In this document: piece after piece, positions 20,201 through 33,600 of the stretch | Layout of the letters: every line of letters starts with the position of its first letter | Numbering within the stretch: position 1 is the stretch's first letter | Assembly (NCBI GenBank): GCA_964016885.1 | Contig: OZ024743.1 | Location: forward strand, 250,542,001 to 250,606,000 | Source of the DNA: Eledone cirrhosa | Lineage: Eukaryota | Direction: 5' to 3' | Length of the DNA: 64,000 bases | The notes under the pieces: model-generated | Databases searched by the model: none | Seen by the model: the letters and a program-made list of their open reading frames with translations, nothing else | What the model was told of the DNA's origin: nothing | Position numbers and translations under genes: made by a program

Positions 20201-23200
20201 AGTGTGGTATACCAGACTAGGAGGTAGTGGTAGTGTCAAGTGTGGTATACCAGACTAGAAGGTAGTAGTGGTAGTGACAAGTGTGGTATACCAGACTAGA
20301 AGGTAGTAGTGGTAGTGACAAGTGTGGTATACCAGACTAGGAGGTAGTGGTGGTGACAAGTGTGGTATACCAGGCTAGAAGGTAGTAGTGGTAGTGACAA
20401 GTGTGGTATACCAGACTAGAAGGTAGTGGTAGTGTCAAGTGTGGTATACCAGACTAGAAGGTAGTAGTGGTAGTGACAAGTGTGGTATACCAGACTAGAA
20501 GGTAGTAGTGGTAGTGACAAGTGTGGTATACCAGACTAGAAGGTAGTAGTGGTAGTGACAAGTGTGGTATACCAGAGTAGAAGGTAGTGGTAGTGACAAG
20601 TGTGGTATACCAGACTAGAAGGTAGTAGTGGTAGTGACAAGTGTGGTATACCAGACTAGAAGGTAGTGGTAGTGACAAGTGTGGTATACCAGACTAGAAG
20701 GTAGTAGTGGTAGTGACAAGTGTGGTATACCAGGCTAGAAGGTAGTAGTGGTAGTGACAAGTGTGGTATACCAGACTAGAAGGTAGTAGTGGTAGTGACA
20801 AGTGTGGTATACCAGACTAGAAGGTAGTAGTGGTAGTGACAAGTGTGGTACACCAGACTAGAAGGTAGTGGTAGTGACAAGTGTGGTATACCAGACTAGA
20901 AGGTAGTGGTAGTGACAAGTGTGGTATAATAGACTAGAAGGTAGTAGTGGTAGTGACAAGTGTGGTATACCAGGCTAGAAGGTAGTAGTGGTAGTGACAA
21001 GTGTGGTATACCAGACTAGAAGGTAGTAGTGGTAGTGACAAGTGTGGTATACCAGACTAGAAGGTAGTAGTGGTAGTGACAAGTGTGGTACACCAGACTA
21101 GAAGGTAGTGGTAGTGACAAGTGTGGTATACCAGACTAGAAGGTAGTGGTAGTGACAAGTGTGGTATAATAGACTAGAAGGTAGTAGTGGTAGTGACAAG
21201 TGTGGTATACCAGGCTAGAAGGTAGTAGTGGTAGTGACAAGTGTGGTATACCAGACTAGAAGGTAGTAGTGGTAGTGACAAGTGTGGTATACCAGACTAG
21301 AAGGTAGTAGTGGTAGTGACAAGTGTGGTACACCAGACTAGAAGGTAGTGGTAGTGACAAGTGTGGTATACCAGACTAGAAGGTAGTGGTAGTTACAAGT
21401 GTGGTATACCAGACTAGAAGGTAGTAGTAGTTACAAGTGTGGTATACCAGGCTAGAAGGTAGTAGTGGTAGTGACAAGTGTGGTATACCAGACTAGAAGG
21501 TAGTGGTAGTGACAAGTGTGGTATACCATACTAGAAGGTAGTGGTAGTGACAAGTGTGGTATACCAGACTAGAAGGTAGTGGTAGTTACAAGTGTGGTAT
21601 ACCAGACTAGAAGGTAGTAGTAGTTACAAGTGTGGTATACCAGACTAGAAGGTAGTAGTGGTAGTGACAAGTGTGGTATACCAGACTAGAAGGTAGTGGT
21701 AGTGACAAGTGTGGTATACCAGACTATAAGGTAGTGGTAGTGACAAGTGTGGTATACCAGACTAGAAGGTAGTGGTAGTGACAAGTGTGGTATACCAGGC
21801 TAGAAGGAAGTAGTGGTAGTGACAAGTGTGGTACACCAGACTAGAAGGTAGTGGTAGTGACAAGTGTGGTATACCAGACTAGAAGGTAGTGGTAGTTACA
21901 AGTGTGGTATACCAGACTAGAAGGTAGTAGTAGTTACAAGTGTGGTATACCAGACTAGAAGGTAGTAGTGGTAGTGACAAGTGTGGTATACCAGACTAGA
22001 AGGTAGTAGTGGTAGTGACAAGTGTGGTATACCAGACTAGAAGGTAGTGGTAGTGACAAGTGTGGTATACCAGACTAGAAGGTAGTAGTGGTAGTGACAA
22101 GTGTGGTATACCAGAGTAGAAGGTAGTGGTAGTGACAAGTGTGGTATACCAGACTAGAAGGTAGTAGTGGTAGTGACAAGTGTGGTATACCAGGCTAGAA
22201 GGTAGTAGTGGTAGTGACAAGTGTGGTATACCAGACTAGAAGGTAGTGGTAGTGACAAGTGTGGTATACCAGACTAGAAGGTAGTAGTAGTTACAAGTGT
22301 GGTATACCAGACTAGAAGGTAGTGGTGGTGACAAGTGTGGTATACCAGACTAGAAGGTAGTTGTAGTGACAAGTGTGGTATACCAGACTAGAAGGTAGTA
22401 GTGGTAGTGACAAGTGTGGTACACCAGACTAGAAGGTAGTGGTAGTGACAAGTGTGGTATACCAGACTAGAAGGTAGTAGTAGTGACAAGTGTGTTATAC
22501 CAGACTAGAAGGTAGTGGTGGTAGTGACAAGTGTGGTATACCAGACTAGAAGGTAGTGGTGGTAGTGACAAGTGTGGTATACCAGACTAGAAGGTAGTAG
22601 TGGTAGTGACAAGTGTGGTACACCATACTAGAAGGTAGTGGTAGTTACAAGTGTGGTATACCAGACTAGAAGGTAGTAGTAGTTACAAGTGTGGTATACC
22701 AGGCTAGAAGGTAGTAGTGGTAGTGACAAGTGTGGTATACCATACTAGAAGGTAGTGGTAGTGACAAGTGTAGTATACCAGACTAGAAGGTAGTGGTAGT
22801 GACAAGTGTGGTATACCAGACTAGAAGGTAGTGGTAGTGACAAGTGTGGTATACCAGACTAGAAGGTAGTAGTGGTAGTGACAAGTGTGGTATACCAGAC
22901 TAGGAGGTAGTGGTGGTGACAAGTGTGGTATACCAGGCTAGAAGGTAGTAGTGGTAGTGACAAGTGTGGTATACCAGACTAGAAGGTAGTGGTAGTGTCA
23001 AGTGTGGTATACCAGACTAGAAGGTAGTAGTGGTAGTGACAAGTGTGGTATACCAGACTAGAAGGTAGTAGTGGTAGTGACAAGTGTGGTATACCAGACT
23101 AGAAGGTAGTAGTGGTAGTGACAAGTGTGGTATACCAGACTAGAAGGTAGTAGTGGTAGTGACAAGTGTGGTATACCAGAGTAGAAGGTAGTGGTAGTGA

Positions 23201-23689
23201 CAAGTGTGGTATACCAGACTAGAAGGTAGTAGTGGTAGTGACAAGTGTGGTATACCAGACTAGAAGGTAGTGGTAGTGACAAGTGTGGTATACCAGACTA
23301 GAAGGTAGTGGTAGTGACAAGTGTGGTATAATAGACTAGAAGGTAGTAGTGGTAGTGACAAGTGTGGTATACCAGGCTAGAAGGTAGTAGTGGTAGTGAC
23401 AAGTGTGGTATACCAGACTAGAAGGTAGTAGTGGTAGTGACAAGTGTGGTATACCAGACTAGAAGGTAGTAGTGGTAGTGACAAGTGTGGTACACCAGAC
23501 TAGAAGGTAGTGGTAGTGACAAGTGTGGTATACCAGACTAGAAGGTAGTGGTAGTTACAAGTGTGGTATACCAGAATAGAAGGTAGTAGTAGTTACAAGT
23601 GTGGTATACCAGGCTAGAAGGTAGTAGTGGTAGTGACAAGTGTGGTATACCAGACTAGAAGGTAGTGGTAGTGACAAGTGTGGTATACC

Positions 23690-24620
23690 AGAATACCAGA
23701 CTGTATGACAGTGGTAGTGACAGGTGTGGTATACCAGAATAACAGACTGTAAGGCAGTGGTAGTGACAAGTGTGGTATACCAGAATAACAGACTGTAAGG
23801 CAGTGGTAGTGACAAGTGTGGTATACCAGAATAACAGACTGTAAGGCAGTGGTAGTGACAAGTGTGGTATACCAGAATAACAGACTGTAAGGCAGTGGTA
23901 GTGACAAGTGTGGTATACCAGAATACCAGACTGTATGGCAGTGGTAGTGACAGGTGTGGTATACCAGAATAACAGACTGTAAGGCAGTGGTAGTGACAAG
24001 TGTGGTATACCAGAATAACAGACTGTATGGCAGTGGTAGTGACAGGTGTGGTATACCAGAATAACAGACTGTAAGGCAGTGGTAGTGACAAATGTGGTAT
24101 ACCAGAATAACAGAATGTATGGCAGTGGTAGTGACAGGTGTGGTATACCAGAATAACAGACTGTATGGCAGTGGTAGTGACAAGTGTGGTATACCAGAAT
24201 ACCAGACTGTATAGCAGTGGTAGTGACAGGTGTGGTATACCAGAATAACAGACTGTAAGGCAGTGGTAGTGACAAGTGTGGTATACCAGAATAACAGACT
24301 GTATGGCAGTGGTAGTGACAGGTGTGGTATACCAGAATAACAGACTGTAAGGCAGTGGTAGTGACAAGTGTGGTATACCAGAATAACAGACTGTATGGCA
24401 GTGGTAGTGACAGGTGTGGTATACCAGAATAACAGACTGTAAGGCAGTGGTAGTGATAAGTGTGGTATACCAGAATAACAGACTGTAAGGCAGTGGTAGT
24501 GACAAGTGTGGTATACCAGAATACCAGACTGTATGGCAGTGGTAGTGACAGGTGTGGTATACCAGAATAACAGACTGTAAGGCAGTGGTAGTGACAAGTG
24601 TGGTATACCAGAATACCAGA
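23690..24620. repeat. 46-bp monomer block 2, ~20 units (duplicated from block 1)
   Basis: Same variants and the same exit junction as block 1, offset 7349 bp. Confidence 0.93.
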
Positions 24621-27600
24621 ATAGAAGGCAGTGGTGGTGTCAAGTGTGGTATACCAGACTAGAAGGTAGTGGTAGTGTCAAGTGTGGTATACCAGACTAG
24701 AAGGTAGTGGTGGTGACAAGTGTGGTATACCAGACTAGAAGGTAGTGGTAGTGACAAGTGTGGTATACAGACTAGAAGGTAGTGGTAGTGACAAGTGTGG
24801 TATACCAGACTAGAAGGTAGTGGTAGTGACAAGTGTGGTATACCAGACTAGAAGGTAGTGGTAGTGACAAGTGTGGTATACCAGACTAGAAGGTAGTAGT
24901 GGTAGTGACAAGTGTGGTATACCAGACTAGGAGGTAGTGGTGGTGACAAGTGTGGTATACCAGGCTAGAAGGTAGTAGTGGTAGTGACAAGTGTGGTATA
25001 CCAGACTAGAAGGTAGTGGTAGTGTCAAGTGTGGTATACCAGACTAGAAGGTAGTAGTGGTAGTGACAAGTGTGGTATACCAGACTAGAAGGTAGTAGTG
25101 GTAGTGACAAGTGTGGTATACCAGACTAGAAGGTAGTAGTGGTAGTGACAAGTGTGGTATACCAGACTAGAAGGTAGTAGTGGTAGTGACAAGTGTGGTA
25201 TACCAGAGTAGAAGGTAGTGGTAGTGACAAGTGTGGTATACCAGACTAGAAGGTAGTAGTGGTAGTGACAAGTGTGGTATACCAGACTAGAAGGTAGTGG
25301 TAGTGACAAGTGTGGTATACCAGACTAGAAGGTAGTGGTAGTGACAAGTGTGGTATAATAGACTAGAAGGTAGTAGTGGTAGTGACAAGTGTGGTATACC
25401 AGGCTAGAAGGTAGTAGTGGTAGTGACAAGTGTGGTATACCAGACTAGAAGGTAGTAGTGGTAGTGACAAGTGTGGTATACCAGACTAGAAGGTAGTAGT
25501 GGTAGTGACAAGTGTGGTACACCAGACTAGAAGGTAGTGGTAGTGACAAGTGTGGTATACCAGACTAGAAGGTAGTGGTAGTTACAAGTGTGGTATACCA
25601 GACTAGAAGGTAGTAGTAGTTACAAGTGTGGTATACCAGGCTAGAAGGTAGTAGTGGTAGTGACAAGTGTGGTATACCAGACTAGAAGGTAGTGGTAGTG
25701 ACAAGTGTGGTATACCATACTAGAAGGTAGTGGTAGTGACAAGTGTGGTATACCAGACTAGAAGGTAGTGGTAGTTACAAGTGTGGTATACCAGACTAGA
25801 AGGTAGTAGTAGTTACAAGTGTGGTATACCAGACTAGAAGGTAGTAGTGGTAGTGACAAGTGTGGTATACCAGACTAGAAGGTAGTGGTAGTGACAAGTG
25901 TGGTATACCAGACTATAAGGTAGTGGTAGTGACAAGTGTGGTATACCAGACTAGAAGGTAGTGGTAGTGACAAGTGTGGTATACCAGGCTAGAAGGAAGT
26001 AGTGGTAGTGACAAGTGTGGTACACCAGACTAGAAGGTAGTGGTAGTGAAAAGTGTGGTATACCAGACTAGAAGGTAGTGGTAGTTACAAGTGTGGTATA
26101 CCAGACTAGAAGGTAGTAGTAGTTACAAGTGTGGTATACCAGACTAGAAGGTAGTAGTGGTAGTGACAAGTGTGGTATACCAGACTAGAAGGTAGTAGTG
26201 GTAGTGACAAGTGTGGTATACCAGACTAGAAGGTAGTGGTAGTGACAAGTGTGGTATACCAGACTAGAAGGTAGTAGTGGTAGTGACAAGTGTGGTATAC
26301 CAGAGTAGAAGGTAGTGGTAGTGACAAGTGTGGTATACCAGACTAGAAGGTAGTAGTGGTAGTGACAAGTGTGGTATACCAGGCTAGAAGGTAGTAGTGG
26401 TAGTGACAAGTGTGGTATACCAGACTAGAAGGTAGTGGTAGTGACAAGTGTGGTATACCAGACTAGAAGGTAGTAGTAGTTACAAGTGTGGTATACCAGA
26501 CTAGAAGGTAGTGGTGGTGACAAGTGTGGTATACCAGACTAGAAGGTAGTTGTAGTGACAAGTGTGGTATACCAGACTAGAAGGTAGTAGTGGTAGTGAC
26601 AAGTGTGGTACACCAGACTAGAAGGTAGTGGTAGTGACAAGTGTGGTATACCAGACTAGAAGGTAGTAGTAGTGACAAGTGTGTTATACCAGACTAGAAG
26701 GTAGTGGTGGTAGTGACAAGTGTGGTATACCAGACTAGAAGGTAGTGGTGGTAGTGACAAGTGTGGTATACCAGACTAGAAGGTAGTAGTGGTAGTGACA
26801 AGTGTGGTACACCATACTAGAAGGTAGTGGTAGTTACAAGTGTGGTATACCAGACTAGAAGGTAGTAGTAGTTACAAGTGTGGTATACCAGGCTAGAAGG
26901 TAGTAGTGGTAGTGACAAGTGTGGTATACCATACTAGAAGGTAGTGGTAGTGACAAGTGTAGTATACCAGACTAGAAGGTAGTGGTAGTGACAAGTGTGG
27001 TATACCAGACTAGAAGGTAGTGGTAGTGACAAGTGTGGTATACCAGACTAGAAGGTAGTAGTGGTAGTGACAAGTGTGGTATACCAGACTAGGAGGTAGT
27101 GGTGGTGACAAGTGTGGTATACCAGGCTAGAAGGTAGTAGTGGTAGTGACAAGTGTGGTATACCAGACTAGAAGGTAGTGGTAGTGTCAAGTGTGGTATA
27201 CCAGACTAGAAGGTAGTAGTGGTAGTGACAAGTGTGGTATACCAGACTAGAAGGTAGTAGTGGTAGTGACAAGTGTGGTATACCAGACTAGAAGGTAGTA
27301 GTGGTAGTGACAAGTGTGGTATACCAGACTAGAAGGTAGTAGTGGTAGTGACAAGTGTGGTATACCAGAGTAGAAGGTAGTGGTAGTGACAAGTGTGGTA
27401 TACCAGACTAGAAGGTAGTAGTGGTAGTGACAAGTGTGGTATACCAGACTAGAAGGTAGTGGTAGTGACAAGTGTGGTATACCAGACTAGAAGGTAGTGG
27501 TAGTGACAAGTGTGGTATAATAGACTAGAAGGTAGTAGTGGTAGTGACAAGTGTGGTATACCAGGCTAGAAGGTAGTAGTGGTAGTGACAAGTGTGGTAT

Positions 27601-30600
27601 ACCAGACTAGAAGGTAGTAGTGGTAGTGACAAGTGTGGTATACCAGACTAGAAGGTAGTAGTGGTAGTGACAAGTGTGGTACACCAGACTAGAAGGTAGT
27701 GGTAGTGACAAGTGTGGTATACCAGACTAGAAGGTAGTGGTAGTTACAAGTGTGGTATACCAGACTAGAAGGTAGTAGTAGTTACAAGTGTGGTATACCA
27801 GGCTAGAAGGTAGTAGTGGTAGTGACAAGTGTGGTATACCAGACTAGAAGGTAGTGGTAGTGACAAGTGTGGTATACCATACTAGAAGGTAGTGGTAGTG
27901 ACAAGAGTGGTATACCAGACTAGAAGGTAGTGGTAGTTACAAGTGTGGTATACCAGACTAGAAGGTAGTAGTAGTTACAAGTGTGGTATACCAGACTAGA
28001 AGGTAGTAGTGGTAGTGACAAGTGTGGTATACCAGACTAGAAGGTAGTGGTAGTGACAAGTGTGGTATACCAGACTATAAGGTAGTGGTAGTGACAAGTG
28101 TGGTATACCAGACTAGAAGGTAGTGGTAGTGACAAGTGTGGTATACCAGGCTAGAAGGAAGTAGTGGTAGTGACAAGTGTGGTACACCAGACTAGAAGGT
28201 AGTGGTAGTGACAAGTGTGGTATACCAGACTAGAAGGTAGTGGTAGTTACAAGTGTGGTATACCAGACTAGAAGGTAGTAGTAGTTACAAGTGTGGTATA
28301 CCAGACTAGAAGGTAGTAGTGGTAGTGACAAGTGTGGTATACCAGACTAGAAGGTAGTAGTGGTAGTGACAAGTGTGGTATACCAGACTAGAAGGTAGTG
28401 GTAGTGACAAGTGTGGTATACCAGACTAGAAGGTAGTAGTGGTAGTGACAAGTGTGGTATACCAGAGTAGAAGGTAGTGGTAGTGACAAGTGTGGTATAC
28501 CAGACTAGAAGGTAGTAGTGGTAGTGACAAGTGTGGTATACCAGGCTAGAAGGTAGTAGTGGTAGTGACAAGTGTGGTATACCAGACTAGAAGGTAGTGG
28601 TAGTGACAAGTGTGGTATACCAGACTAGAAGGTAGTAGTAGTTACAAGTGTGGTATACCAGACTAGAAGGTAGTGGTGGTGACAAGTGTGGTATACCAGA
28701 CTAGAAGGTAGTTGTAGTGACAAGTGTGGTATACCAGACTAGAAGGTAGTAGTGGTAGTGACAAGTGTGGTACACCAGACTAGAAGGTAGTGGTAGTGAC
28801 AAGTGTGGTATACCAGACTAGAAGGTAGTAGTAGTGACAAGTGTGTTATACCAGACTAGAAGGTAGTGGTGGTAGTGACAAGTGTGGTATACCAGACTAG
28901 AAGGTAGTGGTGGTAGTGACAAGTGTGGTATACCAGACTAGAAGGTAGTAGTGGTAGTGACAAGTGTGGTACACCATACTAGAAGGTAGTGGTAGTTACA
29001 AGTGTGGTATACCAGGCTAGAAGGTAGTAGTGGTAGTGACAAGTGTGGTATACCATACTAGAAGGTAGTGGTAGTGACAAGTGTAGTATACCAGACTAGA
29101 AGGTAGTGGTAGTTACAAGTGTGGTATACCAGACTAGAAGGTAGTAGTGGTAGTGACAAGTGTGGTATACCAGAGTAGAAGGTAGTGGTAGTGACAAGTG
29201 TGGTATACCATACTAGAAGGTAGTGGTAGTGACAAGTGTGGTATACCAGACTAGAAGGTAGTGGTAGTGACAAGTGTGGTATACCATACTAGAAGGTAGT
29301 GGTAGTGACAAGTGTGGTATACCAGACTAGAAGGTAGTGGTAGTGACAAGTGTGGTATACCAGACTAGAAGGTAGTGGTAGTGACAAGTGTGGTATACCA
29401 GGCTAGAAGGTAGTAGTGGTAGTTACAAGTGTGGTATACCATACTAGAAGGTAGTGGTAGTGACAAGTGTGGTATACCAGGCTAGAAGGTAGTGGTAGTG
29501 ACAAGTGTGGTATACCAGACTATAAGGTAGTAGTGGTAGTGACAAGTGTGGTATACCAGACTAGAAGGTAGTGGTAGTGACAAGTGTGGTATACCAGACT
29601 AGAAGGTAGTGGTAGTGACAAGTGTGGTATACCAGACTAGAAGGTAGTGGTAGTGACAAGTGGGGTATACCAGACTAGAAGGTAGTGGTAGTGACAAGTG
29701 TGGTATACCAGACTATAAGGTAGTAGTGGTAGTGACAGGTTTGGTATACCAGACTAGAAGGTAGTGGTAGTGACAAGTGTGGTATACCAGACTAGAAGGT
29801 AGTGGTAGTGACAAGTGTGGTATACCAGACTAGAAGGTAGTGGTAGTGACAAGTGTGGTATACCAGACTAGAAGGTAGTAGTGGTAGTGACAAGTGTGGT
29901 ATACCAGACTAGAAGGTAGTGGTAGTGACAAGTGTGGTATACCAGACTAGAAGGTAGTGGTAGTGACAAGTGTGGTACACCAGACTAGAAGGTAGTGGTA
30001 GTGACAAGTGTGGTATACCAGACTAGAAGGTAGTGGTAGTTACAAGTGTGGTATACCAGACTAGAAGGTAGTAGTAGTTACAAGTGTGGTATACCAGGCT
30101 AGAAGGTAGTAGTGGTAGTGACAAGTGTGGTATACCATACTAGAAGGTAGTGGTAGTGAGAAATGTGGTATACCAGACTAGAAGGTAGTACTGGTAGTGA
30201 CAAGTGTGGTATACCAGACTAGAAGGTAGTGGTGGTAGTGACAAGTGTGGTATACCAGACTAGAAGGTATTGGTAGTTACAAGTGTGGTATACCAGACTA
30301 GAATGTAGTAGTAGTGACAAGTGTGGTATAACAGACTAGAAGGTAGTGGTAGTGACAAGTGTGGTATACCAGACTAGAAGGTAGTGGTAGTGACAAGTGT
30401 GGTATACCAGACTATAAGGTAGTGGTGGTGACAAGTGTGGTATACCAGACTAGAAGGTAGTAGTGGTAGTGACAAGTGTGGTATACCAGACTAGAAGGTA
30501 GTGGTAGTTACAAGTGTGGTATACCAGACTAGAAGGTAGTGGTAGTGAGAAATGTGGTATACCAGACTAGAAGGTAGTAGTGGTAGTGACAAGTTTGGTA

Positions 30601-33600
30601 TACCAGACTAGAAGGTAGTGGTGGTAGTGACAAGTGTGGTATACCAGACTAGAAGGTAGTGGTAGTTACAAGTGTGGTATACCAGGCTAGAAGGTAGTAG
30701 TGGTAGTGACAAGTGTGGTATACCAGACTAGAATGTAGTAGTAGTGACAAGTGTGGTATAACAGACTAGAAGGTAGTGGTAGTGACAAGTGTGGTATACC
30801 AGACTAGAAGGTAGTGGTAGTGACAAGTGTGGTATACCAGACTATAAGGTGGTGGTGGTGACAAGTGTGTTATACCAGACTAGAAGGTAGTTGTGGTAGT
30901 GACAAGTGTGGTATACCAGACTAGAAGGTAGTGGTGGTAGTGACAAGTGTGGTATACCAGACTAGAAGGTAGTGGTAGTGACAAGTGTGGTATACCAGAC
31001 TAGAAGGTAGTAGTGGTAGTGACAAGTGTGGTATACCAGACTAGAAGGTAGTGGTAGTGACAAGTGTGGTATACCAGACTAGAAGGTAGTGGTAGTGACA
31101 AGTGTCGTATACCAGCCTAGAAGGTAGTAGTGGTAGTGACAAGTGTGGTATACCAGACAAGAAGGTAGTAGTGGTAGTGACAAGTGTGGTATACCAGACT
31201 AGAAGGTAGTGGTGGTAGTGACAAGTGTGGTATACCAGACTAGAAGGTAGTAGTGGTAGTGACAAGTGTGGTATACCAGACTAGAAGGTAGTGGTAGTGA
31301 CAAGTGTGGTATACCAGACAAGAAGGTAGTAGTGGTAGTGACAAGTGTGGTATACCAGACTAGAAGGTAGTGGTAGTGACAAGTGTGGTATACCAGACTA
31401 GAAGGCAGTGGTTGTTACAGGTGTGGTATACCAGACTAGAAGGTAGTGGTGGTGACAAGTGTGGTATACCAGACATGAAGGTAGTGGTAGTGACAAGTGT
31501 GGTATACCAGACTAGAAGGTAGTAGTGGTAGTGACAAGTGTGGTATACCAGACTAGAAGGTGGTAGTGGAGGTGACAAGTGTGATATACCAGACTAGAAG
31601 GTGGTAGTGGTAGTGACAAGTGTGGTATACCAGACTAGAAGGTGGTAGTGGTAATGACAAGTGTGGTATACCGGACAAGAAGGTAGTAGTGGTAGTGACA
31701 AGTGTGGTATACCAGAGTAGAAGGTAGTGGTAGTGACAAGTGTGGTATACCAGACTAGAAGGTAGTAGTGGTGGTGACAAGTGTGGTATACCAGACTAGA
31801 AGGTAGTGGTAGTGACAAGTGTGGTATACCAGACTAGAAGGTAGTGGTAGTGACAAGTGTGGTATACCAGACTAGAAGGTAGTAGTGGTGACAAGTGTGG
31901 TATACCAGACTAGAAGGTAGTAGTGGTAGTGACAAGTGTGGTATACCAGACTAGAAGGTAGTAGTGGTAGTGACAAGTGTGGTATACCAGACTAGAAGGT
32001 AGTGATAGTGACAAGTGTGGTATACCAGAGTAGAAGGTAGTGGTAGTGACAAGTGTGGTATACCAGACTAGAAGGTAGTAGTGGTGGTGACAAGTGTGGT
32101 ATACCAGACTAGAAGGTAGTGGTGGTGACAAGTGTGGTATACCAGACTAGAAGGTAGTGGTAGTGACAAGTGTGATATACCAGACTATAAGGTAGTAGTG
32201 GTAGTGACAAGTGTGGTATACCAGACTAGAAGGTAGTGGTGGTGACAAGTGTGGTATACCAGACTAGAAGGTAGTGGTGGTGACAAGTGCGGTATACCAG
32301 ACTAGAAGGTAGTGGTGGTGACAAGTGCGGTATACCAGACTAGAAGGTAGTGGTGGTGACAAGTGCGGTATACCAGACTAGAACGTAGTAGTGGTAGTGA
32401 CAAGTGTGGTATATCTGACTAGAAGGTAGTGGTAGTGACAAGTGTGGTTTACCAGACTAGAAGGTAGTAGTGGTAGTGACAAGTGTGGTATACCAGACTA
32501 GAAGGTAGTGGTAGTGACAAGTGTGGTATACCAGACTAGAAGGTAGTGGTAGTTTCAAGTGTGGTATACCAGACTAGAAGGTAGTAGTGGTAGTGACAAG
32601 TGTGGTATACCAGACTAGAAGGTAGTGGTAGTGACAAGTGTGGTATACCAGACTAGAAGGTAGTTGTAGTGACAAGTGTGGTATACCAGACTAGAAGGTA
32701 GTAGTGGTAGTGACAAGTGTGGTATACCAGACTAGAAGGTAGTGGTAGTGACAAGTGTGGTATACCAGACTAGAAGGTAGTAGTGGTAGTGACAAGTGTG
32801 GTATACCAGACTAGAAGATAGTGGTGGTGACAAGTGCGGTATACCAGACTAGAAGGTAGTGGTGGTGACAAGTGTGGTATACCAGACTAGAAGGTAGTGG
32901 TAGTGACAAGTGTGGTATACCAGAGTAGAAGGTAGTGGTAGTGACAAGTGTGGTATACCAGACTAGAAGGTAGTAGTGGTAGTGACAAGTGTGGTATACC
33001 AGACTAGAAGGTAGTAGTGGTAGTGACAAGTGTGGTATACCAGACTAGAAGGTAGTAGTGGTAGTGACAAGTGTGGTATACCATACTAGAAGGTAGTTGT
33101 AGTGACAAGTGTGGTATACCATACTAGAAGGTAGTGGTATTGACAAGTGTGGTATACCTGACTAGAAGGTAGTGGTAGTGACAAGTGTGGTATACCAGAG
33201 TAGAAGGTAGTGGTAGTGACAAGTGTGGTATACCAGGCTAGAAGGTAGTAGTGGTAGTGACAAGTGTGGTATACCAGGCTAGAAGGTAGTGGTAGTGACA
33301 AGTGTGGTATACCAGGCTAGAAGGTAGTAGTGGTAGTGACAAGTGTGGTATACCAGGCTAGAAGGTAGTGGTAGTGTCAAGTGTGGTATACCAGGCTAGA
33401 AGGTAGTGGTAGTGACAAGTGTGGTATACCAGGCTAGAAGGTAGTGGTAGTGACAAGTGTGGTATACCAGGCTAGAAGGTAGTAGTGGTAGTGACAAGTG
33501 TGGTATACCAGACTAGAAGGTAGTAGTGGTAGTGACAAGTGTGGTATACCAGACTAGAAGGTAGTAGTGGTAGTGACAAGTGTGGTATACCAGGCTAGAA

